This document shows positions 1 through 10,000 of a stretch of DNA of 64,000 nucleotides, one piece after another; the first letter of the stretch is position 1, and each line of letters opens with the position of its first letter. The stretch is taken from contig CAZWAX010000001.1 in the NCBI GenBank assembly GCA_964631985.1, positions 943 to 64,942 of the forward strand. Reading direction: 5' to 3'. The stretch comes from an uncultured Polyangiaceae bacterium (GTDB taxonomy: Bacteria > Desulfobacterota > Binatia > UTPRO1). The translations under genes and the position numbers were made by a program. The notes below the pieces were generated by a model. That model had not been told where the DNA came from and ran no database searches. It saw nothing but the letters and a program-made list of their open reading frames with translations.

Positions 1-682
1 CGATCTCGTCGCCAAAGGCACGATGGCCGGTGCCCTGCATGGCAGCCTCTACGCCGGCCTCGGCCAGTACCTCCCCGACCGCAGCGGTGCGCTCGCGGTC
101 AGCAGCGCGACGCTCCGCGCCCGCGCGGCGACGGCCGGGCAAGAGGTCACGTTCACGTGCGTCCCGCCGGGATCCGGCGTTCGCATCGGGCTCGATCAGG
201 ACGGCGACGGCGCCGCCGACGGCGACGAGCGCGACGGGGGCACCGATCCGGCGAATCCCGCGAGCATCCCGCTCAATGCGCCCCCTCTCTGCAACACCAG
301 CACCGCGGTCGTCTTCAAGCGTGCCACGTTGACCGACAAGCGCGGCGTCCTCTCGCTGTCGAGCGAGATTCCGTTCGAGGTCTACAACCAGGAGAACGTG
401 ACCATTATCGTCGCCGACACCGACGGCGTGATCACCAGCGCGGGCGTGGCCGGCACGGAGGTCGAAACCAAAGGCTCGGCGTATCGCTACCGCGCGCCGC
501 GCGGCGCGATCGGCATCAAGAACATCATGCTGCGCGAGAAGCCGAGCGGCATCTTCAAGGTCACGCTGAAGACGATCGGGGCCTGGGCGATCGGGGCCGC
601 CAATCAGCCGCCGGCGTCGACGCAGATCACGCTCAACATCGGGGGCCAGTGCCTCCGGGGGAACGCGACCAAGGTCCACTGA
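1..682 (+). CDS. 3' portion of a hypothetical secreted protein; the 5' end lies outside the window
   Basis: Open frame runs from the window edge to TGA at 680-682. Gly/Thr/Ala-rich extracellular-like sequence with no recognisable catalytic motif. Confidence 0.4.
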   Translation, partial: DLVAKGTMAGALHGSLYAGLGQYLPDRSGALAVSSATLRARAATAGQEVTFTCVPPGSGVRIGLDQDGDGAADGDERDGGTDPANPASIPLNAPPLCNTSTAVVFKRATLTDKRGVLSLSSEIPFEVYNQENVTIIVADTDGVITSAGVAGTEVETKGSAYRYRAPRGAIGIKNIMLREKPSGIFKVTLKTIGAWAIGAANQPPASTQITLNIGGQCLRGNATKVH

Positions 683-735
683 GGGTCGAGGCACGGTGGG
701 GCGGCGCGACGACGCACCGCTCCGCCCTGCCCCTG

Positions 736-1752
736 CTACGGCAGCAGCACCACCTTGCCGACGTTTTCGCGCGCTTGCATGAAGGCGTGCGCCGCGGCCG
801 CCTCGGCGAGCGGAAAGGTCTTGGCGACGGTCGGCCGCACCTGGCCGTCGCGCGCGTAGTCGAGAACCTTGAGCAGGTAGCCGCGCAACCGCTCCATTTC
901 GTCCCACAGGTGTCCGAGGTTGAAGCCAAGGACGCCGTGGTTGTCGTTCATGAGACGGACGAAGCCGAAGCGCGGCATGCGGGCGAGCTGCCAGAGTGCC
1001 GGCAGAATGCGCCGGGAGGTCGAGGGCGCCATCGACGACACGCCGTAGGCGACCAGCCGGCCGAGCGGCGCCAGCGCCCGGTAGCTCTGGCGCAGGTTCT
1101 CGCCCCCGATCGGGTCGAGGATGACGTCGGCACCCTTCCCGCCGGTCACGCGCTTCGTCTCCGCCACGAAATCCTGCGTGCGATAGTCGATGGTGTGCGT
1201 CACCCCCGCCGCGCGGAGCGCCGCGTGTTTCGTGGCCGACGCGGTGCCGATGATCTCGGCACCATAGATGCGGCAGAGCTGGACCGCGGCGAGCCCGACG
1301 CCGCCGCCGGCGCCGTGGATGAGCACGCGATCGCCGCGCCGGACGTTCCCGAGCACCTCGAGCATGAGGATGGCGGTGAGATAGTTCACCGGGATCGCGG
1401 CGCCCTCCTCGACCCTCATCCCGGCCGGCAGGGGCACCACGTACGCTTGCGGCACGACGACGAGGTCGGCGTAGCCCTTGAAGCGCGTCGGCGCGATCAC
1501 CCGGTCGGCGGCGGCGACGCCGCTGACGCCGGCGCCCACCTCGTCGATCGTGCCCGCCACCTCGTAGCCGACGACGCACGGCAGCTTCGGCGCGTCCGGA
1601 TAGAGCCCCATGCGCGCCATGACGTCGGCGAAGTTCACCCCCGAGGCGGCGACACGAATCCGCACCTCGCCCGGTCCGGGGTGGGGGTCCGGCGTCTCGC
1701 GCAGCTCGAGCACCTCCGGCGGTCCGATACGGGGAATCCAGACTGATCGCAT
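736..1752 (-). CDS. NADPH:quinone oxidoreductase / zinc-type alcohol-dehydrogenase-like (MDR superfamily)
   Basis: ATG at 1752 preceded by GGAGGTGA. Protein MRSVWIPRIGPPEVLEL...GAGGGVG...KVVLLP has a Rossmann GxGGxVG and the MDR fold. The upstream part of the 624-aa track ORF is a spurious extension. Confidence 0.85.
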   Translation of the reverse strand: MRSVWIPRIGPPEVLELRETPDPHPGPGEVRIRVAASGVNFADVMARMGLYPDAPKLPCVVGYEVAGTIDEVGAGVSGVAAADRVIAPTRFKGYADLVVVPQAYVVPLPAGMRVEEGAAIPVNYLTAILMLEVLGNVRRGDRVLIHGAGGGVGLAAVQLCRIYGAEIIGTASATKHAALRAAGVTHTIDYRTQDFVAETKRVTGGKGADVILDPIGGENLRQSYRALAPLGRLVAYGVSSMAPSTSRRILPALWQLARMPRFGFVRLMNDNHGVLGFNLGHLWDEMERLRGYLLKVLDYARDGQVRPTVAKTFPLAEAAAAHAFMQARENVGKVVLLP

Positions 1753-1870
1753 GGTCACCTCCCGTGCGTGCGCGACGGCATGGCGCGTTCCTAGTCGAGC
1801 CCCTCGACATTGGAAAGCCGCGCAACTCTCCGTCTTGACTAGCGGACCGGGCGTGGGGGATCTTCTCCCG

Positions 1871-2806
1871 ATGGTGAAACGCATACCCCTTCGACGATCG
1901 TCGACGTCTCGCATGATCGGCTTCGCGGCCGTGGCCGCCCTGCTCGGAGCGCTCGCCGGCCCCGTGCAGGCCCAGGTGTTCAAGGTCTGCGGCGACGTCG
2001 ACGACAACGACGTCGTCTCGGTCACCGACGGCGTGCAGGTGCTGCGCGCGGCCGCCGGGCTCACCAGCGACTGCACCGACGCGATCTGCGACGTCGACGT
2101 CAGCGGTGCCATCACGGTCACCGACGGCGTCACCATCCTCCGCAAGGCGGCCGGGCTCTCGATCAAGGAGAACTGCATCCCCGACGACGGCCGGATCAAC
2201 CAGCAAGTCGCGTATCTCCTCCAGTTCAGCCAGCCACTCGTCTCCGCCGTGCTGCCGACGATCATCCTCCGACGGAACGAGACGATCGACAACTCCTTCG
2301 AGTGCGACAACGGCGAGGACGGCCTGTACGAGGTCACCTTTCTCGACGGGCAACAAGACAGCTCGTTCTCCGACTGCTTCGTCGACAACGCCGTGATCAA
2401 CGGCGACGTCGAGAACGCCAACGACGACCCGATCCTGGCGATCGAGCTCGGTGACGCGCGCAACGACGATACGATCGGCTTCGAAGGGACCAACGGTGGC
2501 GCCCTCCTCGGCGTGAACATCGAAGGCGGCATCAAATACAGCGGGCGGCTGGACGGGTTACCGTCCTTCGAGCGCTTCGACACCAGCGACTTCCTGTTGG
2601 TCGTGAGCAACCTGCAGGTCGCCGCGACCGGCTATCCCCTCGGCGGCTCGATCTCCTACGAGTTCACCGAGGACTCCGCCGTGCCCGACATCCGCCGCGT
2701 CCGCGTCTTCTTCGACGGCTCGAATCTGGCGCGCGTCGAGGTGACGTTCACCGACGGGGGTTTCAGCTACTACAAGTTCGAGCTGCAGTTCCTCAATTTC
2801 ACCTAG
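1871..2806 (+). CDS. Secreted protein with two dockerin-like Ca-binding repeats
   Basis: Signal peptide MVKRIPLRRSSTSRMIGFAAVAALLGALAGPVQA. Repeats CGDVDDNDVVSVTDGVQVLRAAAGL and CDVDVSGAITVTDGVTILRKAAGL match the dockerin D-x-D-x-D...LR pattern. Confidence 0.7.
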   Translation: MVKRIPLRRSSTSRMIGFAAVAALLGALAGPVQAQVFKVCGDVDDNDVVSVTDGVQVLRAAAGLTSDCTDAICDVDVSGAITVTDGVTILRKAAGLSIKENCIPDDGRINQQVAYLLQFSQPLVSAVLPTIILRRNETIDNSFECDNGEDGLYEVTFLDGQQDSSFSDCFVDNAVINGDVENANDDPILAIELGDARNDDTIGFEGTNGGALLGVNIEGGIKYSGRLDGLPSFERFDTSDFLLVVSNLQVAATGYPLGGSISYEFTEDSAVPDIRRVRVFFDGSNLARVEVTFTDGGFSYYKFELQFLNFT

Positions 2807-2836
2807 AAGCGAAACGTCGATCCGTCGCCGGCTACG

Positions 2837-3484
2837 TCACGACGCGTGGCTGCGATTGGCGCTCATGAGGCGGTCGAGCTCGCGGGCGAAGGCCGGGCGC
2901 GTGAGCACGCGCGCGTACCAGGCCTGGAGGCCCGGATGCGCCTCGGTGAGACCCTGGCCGAGGCTGGTCGCAAACGTGATGGTCATGAAGTAGCCGATGT
3001 CGGCGACGCTGACGTCGCCGCAGAGGAACGCCTGCTCGCCGAGCTGACGCCCCAACCGGTCGTAGTGTCCGGCGATCGCGTCCTTGGCGTTGGCAACCAC
3101 CGTCTCGTCGCGGCCGGCGCCGTCCGGCTTGTAGAAGACCTCGCGGATCAGGTCCCAGACCGGGGGAAACAGGATCTCGTCCGCCGCCGCTTCCAGCACA
3201 CGACAGCGGGCCCGCGCCGCTGGGTCGCGCGGATAGAGCGCGGGCGCGGGGTGCCGATCCTCGAGATACTCGAAGATGATGGTCGAGTCGTAGATCGCGA
3301 GCTCGCCGTCGACCAGCACCGGCACTTGGCGCTTCGGGTTCAGCTCGACCACTTTCGGATGCTTCGGCTCGTAGCCGGCGCGCGAGAACGGCACCGAGAC
3401 GAGCTCGTACTCGACGCCCTTCTCGTCGAGCGCAATGCGGACCTTGCCGGTGAAGAGACTCATCGGACCGGAGTAGAGGATCAT
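2837..3484 (-). CDS. Glutathione S-transferase family protein
   Basis: MILYSGPMSLFTGKVRIALDEKGVEYELVSV... has the thioredoxin-like GST N-domain and alpha-helical C-domain. Its ATG lies 1 nt after the stop of the upstream thioesterase gene, so the two form an operon. Confidence 0.85.
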   Translation of the reverse strand: MILYSGPMSLFTGKVRIALDEKGVEYELVSVPFSRAGYEPKHPKVVELNPKRQVPVLVDGELAIYDSTIIFEYLEDRHPAPALYPRDPAARARCRVLEAAADEILFPPVWDLIREVFYKPDGAGRDETVVANAKDAIAGHYDRLGRQLGEQAFLCGDVSVADIGYFMTITFATSLGQGLTEAHPGLQAWYARVLTRPAFARELDRLMSANRSHAS

Positions 3485-3485
3485 C

Positions 3486-3902
3486 TCATTTGCCCCCCGA
3501 GAGCTTGTAGGTGACGACCGCGCGGGCGACCGCCGTCGCATCGGCACCGCCGATCGCGACCTCGCAGATCGAGATCGACTTGCCGCGTTGGATCACCTCG
3601 GCCGTCGCGATCAGGTCCTGACCACGGCCGGCGTTCAGGTAGTTGATGGTGAGCCCGATGGTGGTGCCGCGCGCGCTCGGATCGACCGTCGGGCTCGCCC
3701 AGCAGGCCGCCGTCGCCGCGACGTCCACGAGCCCGGCGATGGCGCCGCCGTGCACCATGTCGGCGATCGTCACGAGGGTCTCGCGATACGGCAGCCGGAG
3801 CCGCACCCGATCGACTTCGATCTGCTCCGAGACGATGCCCAGGTGCCGCGCATACGGCGACCCGACGATGAACCCTTCGACCAGACTCCGAGCCTGCTCC
3901 AT
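3486..3902 (-). CDS. PaaI-family hotdog-fold acyl-CoA thioesterase
   Basis: AGGAGGAACG RBS before the ATG. ADMVHGGAIAGLVDVAATAAC motif is typical of PaaI/thioesterase superfamily. Confidence 0.8.
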   Translation of the reverse strand: MEQARSLVEGFIVGSPYARHLGIVSEQIEVDRVRLRLPYRETLVTIADMVHGGAIAGLVDVAATAACWASPTVDPSARGTTIGLTINYLNAGRGQDLIATAEVIQRGKSISICEVAIGGADATAVARAVVTYKLSGGK

Positions 3903-4011
3903 CGTTCCTCCTCTCGAACGCTACGATGCCTCTCTAGCCTGAGCAGCGCATTGGTGCTTGTAGTAGTCCACTTTTTGTCACCCCGGTAAGGCCACTCGGA
4001 GGGCACCATCC

Positions 4012-5490
4012 ATGTGGATCCGACTCGACGGCGACGGTCCGCTCTTCCGCCAGCTCTACCGTGCGCTCCGCGGCGGCATCCTCGACGGGATCGTGCCGCC
4101 GGGCTCGCGCCTGCCGGCGACGCGCGCGCTCGCGACCGAGCTCGGCCTCTCCCGCACGACGGTGCTGCTGGCGTACGAGCAGCTGGCCGCCGAAGGCTAC
4201 CTCGACGGTCGGCGGGGCTCGGGGAGCTTCGTGCAGGCGGTCGCGACGCCGGCGACGCCGAGCCGGACCCCGACCGACCTCGGGCCGGCGGCGCCGGCCG
4301 TCCCCCGCTTGTCCGCCTTCGGCACCTTCCTCACCGACCGCCGCTCGCGACCGATCTTCAGCTCGTACGTGAGCGGACGCCCCCGCCTGCCCTACGACTT
4401 CCGCTACGGCGCGCCCGGCATGCACGACTTCCCGGTGCAGATCTGGCAGCGCAGTCTCGGCAGACGGGCGCGCCGGGCGTCGGCCGCCTACTACGACTAC
4501 GGTCACCCACAGGGCTCGCCGGCGCTCCGCGCCGCGCTCGCCGGCTACCTGCTCCGTGGCCGCGGTGTCCGCTGCGAACCCGATCAGCTCCTGATCGTGA
4601 GCGGCTCGCAGCAGGGGCTCGACCTCGCCGCCCGTCTCTTGCTCCGTCCGGGCGACACCGCCGTCGTGGAGGAGCCGGGCTACGAAGGGGCGCGCCGGGC
4701 GCTCCTCGCCGCCGGCGCGCGCCTCGCGTTGATCCCGACCGATGCCGACGGGCTCGACGTCGACGCCCTCGCTCGCGACGGCCGCCATGCCCGTCTCGCC
4801 CACGTCACGCCGTCGCACCAGTATCCGCTCGGAGGGGTCATGCCCTATCCCCGGCGTGTCGCACTGCTCGCGTGGGCGGCGCGGACCGGTGCCTATCTGC
4901 TCGAGGACGACTACGACGGCGAGTATCGGTTCGGTGGCCGGCCCCTCGACGCGCTGAAGGCACTCGACGACGGGGAGCGCGTCGTCTACCTCGGCACCCT
5001 CTCGAAGGTGATGTTTCCCGCGCTCCGCATCGGCTACCTGGTGTTGCCGCGCGCGCTGGTCGAGCCGTTCGCGCGGGCCAAGCTGCTCGCCGACGGCGGC
5101 AGCGCCTTCCTCGAGCAGGAGGCGCTCGCCGACTTCATCGCGAGCGGCGCCTTCGAGCGCCACATCCGGCGCTCACGCACCTGGAACGGCGAGCGCCGCG
5201 CCGCGCTCTTGCGGGCCCTCGACGATCACTTCGGCGACCGCGTGGAGGTCGCGGGCGCGAACGCCGGCCTGCACGTCGTCGCGTGGCTGCGCGGCCTGGC
5301 GCCCCGTCATGCCCGCGACCTCGTCCCCCGTGCCGCGGCCCTCGGTGTCGGGGTCTATCCGGTGACCCCGTACTACGAGGCGCCACCGCCGCGGCTCGGC
5401 CTCCTGCTCGGCTACGGCGCGCTGCAGGCGCGCGCGATCGCGACCGGCATCGCGCGGCTCGCCGAGGCGGTGAAACAGACGCGACGCTGA
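4012..5490 (+). CDS. MocR/PdxR-type transcriptional regulator (GntR HTH fused to an aminotransferase-like domain)
   Basis: N-terminal GntR HTH (LPATRALATELGLSRTTVLLAYEQLAAEGYL) followed by a fold-type I PLP domain of about 400 aa. Divergent from the thioesterase-GST operon. Confidence 0.85.
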   Translation: MWIRLDGDGPLFRQLYRALRGGILDGIVPPGSRLPATRALATELGLSRTTVLLAYEQLAAEGYLDGRRGSGSFVQAVATPATPSRTPTDLGPAAPAVPRLSAFGTFLTDRRSRPIFSSYVSGRPRLPYDFRYGAPGMHDFPVQIWQRSLGRRARRASAAYYDYGHPQGSPALRAALAGYLLRGRGVRCEPDQLLIVSGSQQGLDLAARLLLRPGDTAVVEEPGYEGARRALLAAGARLALIPTDADGLDVDALARDGRHARLAHVTPSHQYPLGGVMPYPRRVALLAWAARTGAYLLEDDYDGEYRFGGRPLDALKALDDGERVVYLGTLSKVMFPALRIGYLVLPRALVEPFARAKLLADGGSAFLEQEALADFIASGAFERHIRRSRTWNGERRAALLRALDDHFGDRVEVAGANAGLHVVAWLRGLAPRHARDLVPRAAALGVGVYPVTPYYEAPPPRLGLLLGYGALQARAIATGIARLAEAVKQTRR

Positions 5491-5543
5491 CGGCTTTCAC
5501 ATCGTCGCGGTCTCTGACAGAGCTTCACATGAGGAGATCATGC

Positions 5544-6497
5544 ATGCCCGAGCCCATGAACATCGAAACCGTCCGCGCCCTCGCAAAGAAGTACCGCAAC
5601 TGGGGACGCTGGGGCGCCACCGACGAGCTCGGGACGGTGAACTTCATCACGCCCGCCAAGATCGCGGCCGCAGCGCGGCTGGTCCGTCAGGGCAAGGTGC
5701 TCTCCCTCGCCATTCCGTTCGACGCCAACGGTCCGCAGAGCGGGTTCGGGGGGCGCGTGAATCCCCTCCACCACATGCTGCAGGACGGCGGGGACATCAC
5801 CAATGGTGCGCAGGACTTCATCCCGGGCCTCCGCTACTGCGACGACGCGATCACCATGCCGCTCCAGTGCGCGACCCAGTGGGACGCGCTCTCCCACATC
5901 TATTTCGACGGCAAGATGTACAACGACCGCGGTCCCGAGCAGGTGACGTCGAACGGCGCCCGCAGCAACGCCATCACGGTGTTGAAGGACAAGATCGTGA
6001 GCCGCGGCGTCCTGCTCGACATCCCACGCCTCAAGAACAAGCCCTGGCTCGAGCCCGGCGAGGCCATCTACCCCGGCGACCTCGACGGGGCCGCGGCCAC
6101 CGCCAAGGTTCGCATCGAGAGCGGCGACATCGTCCTCATCCGAACGGGCCAGATGCGCCAGGTGCGCGAGCGTGGCGGCTGGGGCGACTACGCGGGGGGT
6201 CCGGCGCCGGGCCTCAGCCTGACGTGCGCCGAGTGGCTCGCGACCCACGAGATCGCCGGCTACGCGACCGACACGTGGGGCACCGAGGTCATCCCGAATG
6301 AGACCCCCGACGTGTTCCAACCGCTCCACTGCGTCGCCATCGTCAACATGGGCATGCTGGTCGGCGAGATCTTCACGCTCGAGGCGCTCGCGGACGATTG
6401 CGCCGCCGACGGCGTGTACGAGTTCCTGTTCGTGGCGCCGCCGCTGCCGATCACGGGGGCCGTGGGCTCGCCGATCAATCCGCAGGCGGTCAAGTGA
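5544..6497 (+). CDS. Putative cyclase family protein (kynurenine formamidase-like fold)
   Basis: GAGGAG RBS 7 nt before the ATG. N-terminus ...WGATDELGTVNFITPAKIAAAARLVRQGKVLSLAIPF and ...GDIVLIRTG... are typical of the cyclase family. The 827-aa track ORF is an out-of-frame read-through of the MocR gene. Confidence 0.75.
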   Translation: MPEPMNIETVRALAKKYRNWGRWGATDELGTVNFITPAKIAAAARLVRQGKVLSLAIPFDANGPQSGFGGRVNPLHHMLQDGGDITNGAQDFIPGLRYCDDAITMPLQCATQWDALSHIYFDGKMYNDRGPEQVTSNGARSNAITVLKDKIVSRGVLLDIPRLKNKPWLEPGEAIYPGDLDGAAATAKVRIESGDIVLIRTGQMRQVRERGGWGDYAGGPAPGLSLTCAEWLATHEIAGYATDTWGTEVIPNETPDVFQPLHCVAIVNMGMLVGEIFTLEALADDCAADGVYEFLFVAPPLPITGAVGSPINPQAVK

Positions 6498-6557
6498 CCG
6501 CCTACGGAGGGCGCGGATGCCGCAGCGAACTGACCACGACCTGAGCACCCGGATAGG

Positions 6558-6597
6558 GTCTCAGTTTGCCAAAGGCGCGCGGGAATCAAACTGAGAC
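6558..6597 (+). terminator. Hairpin: 11-bp perfect inverted repeat GTCTCAGTTTG / CAAACTGAGAC with an 18-nt loop, between the cyclase gene and apaG
   Basis: Seen directly in sequence. No U-tract follows, so the terminator versus regulatory role is open. Confidence 0.3.
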
Positions 6598-6657
6598 ACG
6601 ATCACCACCCGGCGTCACTGGCCAACCGGCGGCCGACGTGAGAAAGAGAGGGGCTGC

Positions 6658-7047
6658 ATGTTCTCCTCTCGCGCCGCCACTCGAGGCATCGAGGTTTCCG
6701 TCCAGTCGAGCTACGTAGCGGACCAATCCGAGCCCGAGCAGCACCAGTGGTTCTTCGCCTACCGGGTGCGCATCCACAATGGCGGCGAGGAGACCGTGCA
6801 GCTGATGACCCGCCACTGGATCATCACCGACGCCAACGGCAAGACCGAGGAGGTGCGGGGTCCGGGCGTCGTCGGCAAACAACCGACGCTCGAGCCCGGT
6901 CAGTCCTTCGAATACACCTCGGCCTGCCCGCTCGGGACCGCGTTCGGCACCATGCACGGCACCTACCAGATGCAGGTGCGGGGCGGCGCCGAGTTCGACG
7001 CCGAGATCGCCCCCTTCACGCTCGCCGCACCCAACGCCGTGCAATAG
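6658..7047 (+). CDS. apaG: ApaG (DUF525) protein
   Basis: GAGAGGGG RBS before the ATG. 129 aa with ...YRVRIHNGGEETVQLMTRHWIITDANGKTEEVRGPGVVGKQPTLEPGQSFEYTS... matching ApaG across its whole length. Confidence 0.85.
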   Translation: MFSSRAATRGIEVSVQSSYVADQSEPEQHQWFFAYRVRIHNGGEETVQLMTRHWIITDANGKTEEVRGPGVVGKQPTLEPGQSFEYTSACPLGTAFGTMHGTYQMQVRGGAEFDAEIAPFTLAAPNAVQ

Positions 7048-7088
7048 CGGCAGATTGCTGAAAAAGGCCGATCTGCTTCGTTGCTCTG

Positions 7089-10000
7089 CTACGGGCAGAC
7101 GGTGAGGCTGGTGATCCAGTCTTCGATGGCGGTGCTGCCGGTCGGGTCGGGGAGAAGGGTGGCGAGGGGCGGCATCTGATCCTGTCCGCGGAGCGTCGCG
7201 CGGAGCCAGAGGATCGACGCGTCGGCGTGACCGGGCTTCACGATGCGGGCATCGGCGACGCCGAGATCGCCGGCTTGTGGGAGGGCGTCGCAGAGACCGG
7301 TCGCACCCAATGGCGTCTCGGCCCGCAGGTCGATCGCCGTCGGCGCGGTACCGCCGGGATGATGACAATGCGCGCAATTCGCGTGCAGGGAGCTGCGGGC
7401 GCGGTCGGCGAGCGCGGCGCCGGTATCGGCCGGGTCGGCGAGACGCGGGAGGCTCGCGGGGCGCGCCGGCAGACAGTCCTCGAAGAGCCCGACGTGCTCG
7501 AAGGCCCGGAGCTGGTTGTCGCTCACGCCGTCGTAGTCGTGGCTGCGGTTCAACTGTGCCGTCTGTAGCCCCAGCGCACCGCCGGTCGCCGCGGTGTGAC
7601 AGCGGACGCAATCACCGCGGCTCGGGAAATAGTGGGTGTGGGCGATCGGCGTGCCCGGCTGCTGCGGATCGGTCACCGCGAAGGTCGCGGTCGTCGCGGC
7701 ATCGAGGAGATGGGCCTCGGTCTGGGCGTCGTTCCACACGTACGTGTACCCTTCCCACCCGTCGGTTCGGCGCACGAGGAAACGGGTCTCGAGCGCGCGG
7801 GTCGAAGCGGGATTACCGCGCTCGAGCTCGAGGCCGAACTCCTTCACGAGAATCGTGCCTTCCGGAAACTCCCAACTGCCCGCGGTCGCGTAGCCGATCG
7901 TCCCGGTCGCGGGGAGCGCGAGGAAGCGGCGCTTCCCGGCCCCGTCGGACCAGAGCGGCGACTGGACGTCGTACGGCACGAGACCCGGTGCCGGCGCCCG
8001 TGTCGAGAGATCGGCGAAGCAGCCGGTGGCCGAGAGGGTGCGCGGAAATTCGCCGGGGGACGCGCCGCTCGGACGCCGCAGACGGTGCAGCGTCCCGCCG
8101 ATCACGTTGGTGATGAAGATCTCGCCGTCGCGATCCTCGCCGAAGCTCGAGATGCCGGTGAACCCCGACGCCAGGGGCTGCACGACCGCGCTCGTCCCAT
8201 CCCATCGCAGCGCCGAGAGCCGCCCGTTGCAGTAGTCGCCGTAGACATAGGCACCGTACAGCTCCGGCAGCGCGCTGCCCCGGTAGACGACCCCGCCGGT
8301 GACGGAGCACGCGCCGTCGGTATGCGGATACGCCACGAGCGGCGCCGTCAACGTGCCGTCGTCACAGGCCATGGACGGGTTGTGGCAGGCGTCGCCTTCC
8401 TTCCTGCGCCACCCGTAGTTGGCACCGCGCTCGATGAGATCGATCTCTTCCCAACTTCCTTGTCCGACGTCGCCCGCCCACAGCGCGTGCGTCAGGCGAT
8501 CGAAGCTCATTCGCCACGGATTGCGGAGCCCGCGCGCCCAGATCTCGCCGCGTGCGCCCGGCGTGCCGATGAAGGGATTGTCCTCCGGGATGGCGTAGGC
8601 CAGGCCGGGGTCCGATCGGTCCACGTCGAGGCGCAGGATCTTCCCGAGCAGCACCGACAGATTCTGAGCGCGATTCCCGGGATCGCCGCCGCTTCCGCCG
8701 TCGCCGAGCGAGACGTAGAGCAGACCGTCCGGTCCGAAGGCGAGCTGGCCGCCGTTGTGGTTGTCGTAGGGCTTCTCGATCTCGAGCAGGACCGTCACGC
8801 TGGAAGGATCGGCGACGTCGGGATCGGCACTCACGCGATAACGGGCAATCACGGACCGCTGTGGCCCGGCCGCCGAGTAGAAGACGTAGAAGTAGCCGTT
8901 GGTCGCGAAGTCGGGATGGAAGGCCAGGCCGAGCAGCCCCTCCTCGCCGCCGTAGTTGCTCTCCGGGTCGAGGTCGAGAAACGTCGTCGCGTCGGTGGTG
9001 CCCTCGTCGTTCGCGAAGACGCGGATGCGGCCGGTCTGCTCGACGACGAAGAGACGGTTCCCGCCGTCGGGGGCGTACGTCACTTGCACCGGGGCGCTGA
9101 ACGTCAGGGCGGGAAAGGCGCGCGTCACCTGCAGGCTCGGAAACTGGTCGGGGGTTCCGTCGAAGCGGCAGGTCGTGTTGACGGGCCGGGTGGCGAGCCC
9201 GTACGGCGCCGCATCGCCGTCGCAGGCCCCGCTCGAGGTCGCGAACGGCGACGGCGTGAAGGTCGGCCCGGGCGGCGGAGTCGCCGTCCCCGTGCCGGTT
9301 CGCGTCGGCGTTGGGGTCCGGGTCGCGGTCCGCGTGGCGGTTGGGGTAGCGGTCGCGCCGGGCAACGGCGTCGCCGTGCTGGTGCGCGTCGACGACGGGC
9401 TCGCGGTCGGCGAGGCCGTCGTGCTCGGCGTGAGGCTCGCCGTCGGAACGGGCGTCGGCGTTCGCGTGGGCACCGGCACGTAGCCGGGACAGAACACCGG
9501 CAGGCGCGCGCGCCCGATCCGCGCGAGCAGCGCGTCGGCGCGCGGGTAGACGAAGGCCATCGTCTCGGCCACCTCGCACCCGGCCGTGCGGGTCACGCAG
9601 GCTCGCCAATCGCCGACGTCGTTGAGCGGACCGATCCCGAGCTCGGCACACGCCGAGGCGAGGGCGGCGGCGTTGGCGCCTTCCGCGACCGCGAGTGAGG
9701 CGAAGGGCACTTTCGGTTCCTGGCACGCGTCGTCGACGACCGCGGTCGCAGGATCGACCGCTGGGACTTTCGTGAACGCGGCGTCACAGGCGGCGGAGGC
9801 GCGCGTCCAGCACGCCTCCTCGCCGTTCTCGGGACGGCCGCACGCGAAGAGGGCGCCGAGGCACTTCCCGTAGGCCGAGCGCCAGACGGTCAGGTCACGC
9901 TCGCCGGCCCGCAACATCGCGGTCGCGCACGGGGCGGCCTGCCGGCCGTCGTTCCCGCTGACGATCACTGCCCGCGGCTCGTCGTACGCGGGCAGACAGG

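Noticed and set aside
157-1746. 529-aa Arg/His-rich ORF on the plus strand
   Set aside because: Antisense to the well-supported quinone oxidoreductase gene. Its composition (poly-Arg, RRRRRRRR) is typical of out-of-frame translation of GC-rich coding DNA.
3934-5163. 409-aa minus-strand ORF
   Set aside because: Antisense to the MocR gene. Low-complexity Arg/Ala/Gly composition.
4014-6497. 827-aa ORF spanning the MocR and cyclase genes
   Set aside because: Its first 510 codons are the +2 frame of the MocR gene (Arg/Pro-rich). Only the last 318 codons (from 5544, with RBS) correspond to a real protein.
5538-6548. 336-aa minus-strand ORF
   Set aside because: Antisense to the cyclase-family gene. 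No motifs.
9250-9480. Short GC-rich direct repeats that could be mistaken for a CRISPR-like array
   Set aside because: They encode the Thr/Pro/Ala linker (TPTPT...ATRTPTPTRTGTGT) of the 1177-aa protein. Irregular unit length and no spacer structure.
7596-9698. 700-aa plus-strand ORF, and 8362..9726 (454 aa) on the minus strand
   Set aside because: Both overlap the 1177-aa dehydrogenase/cytochrome gene in other frames or antisense. Arg-rich artefacts.
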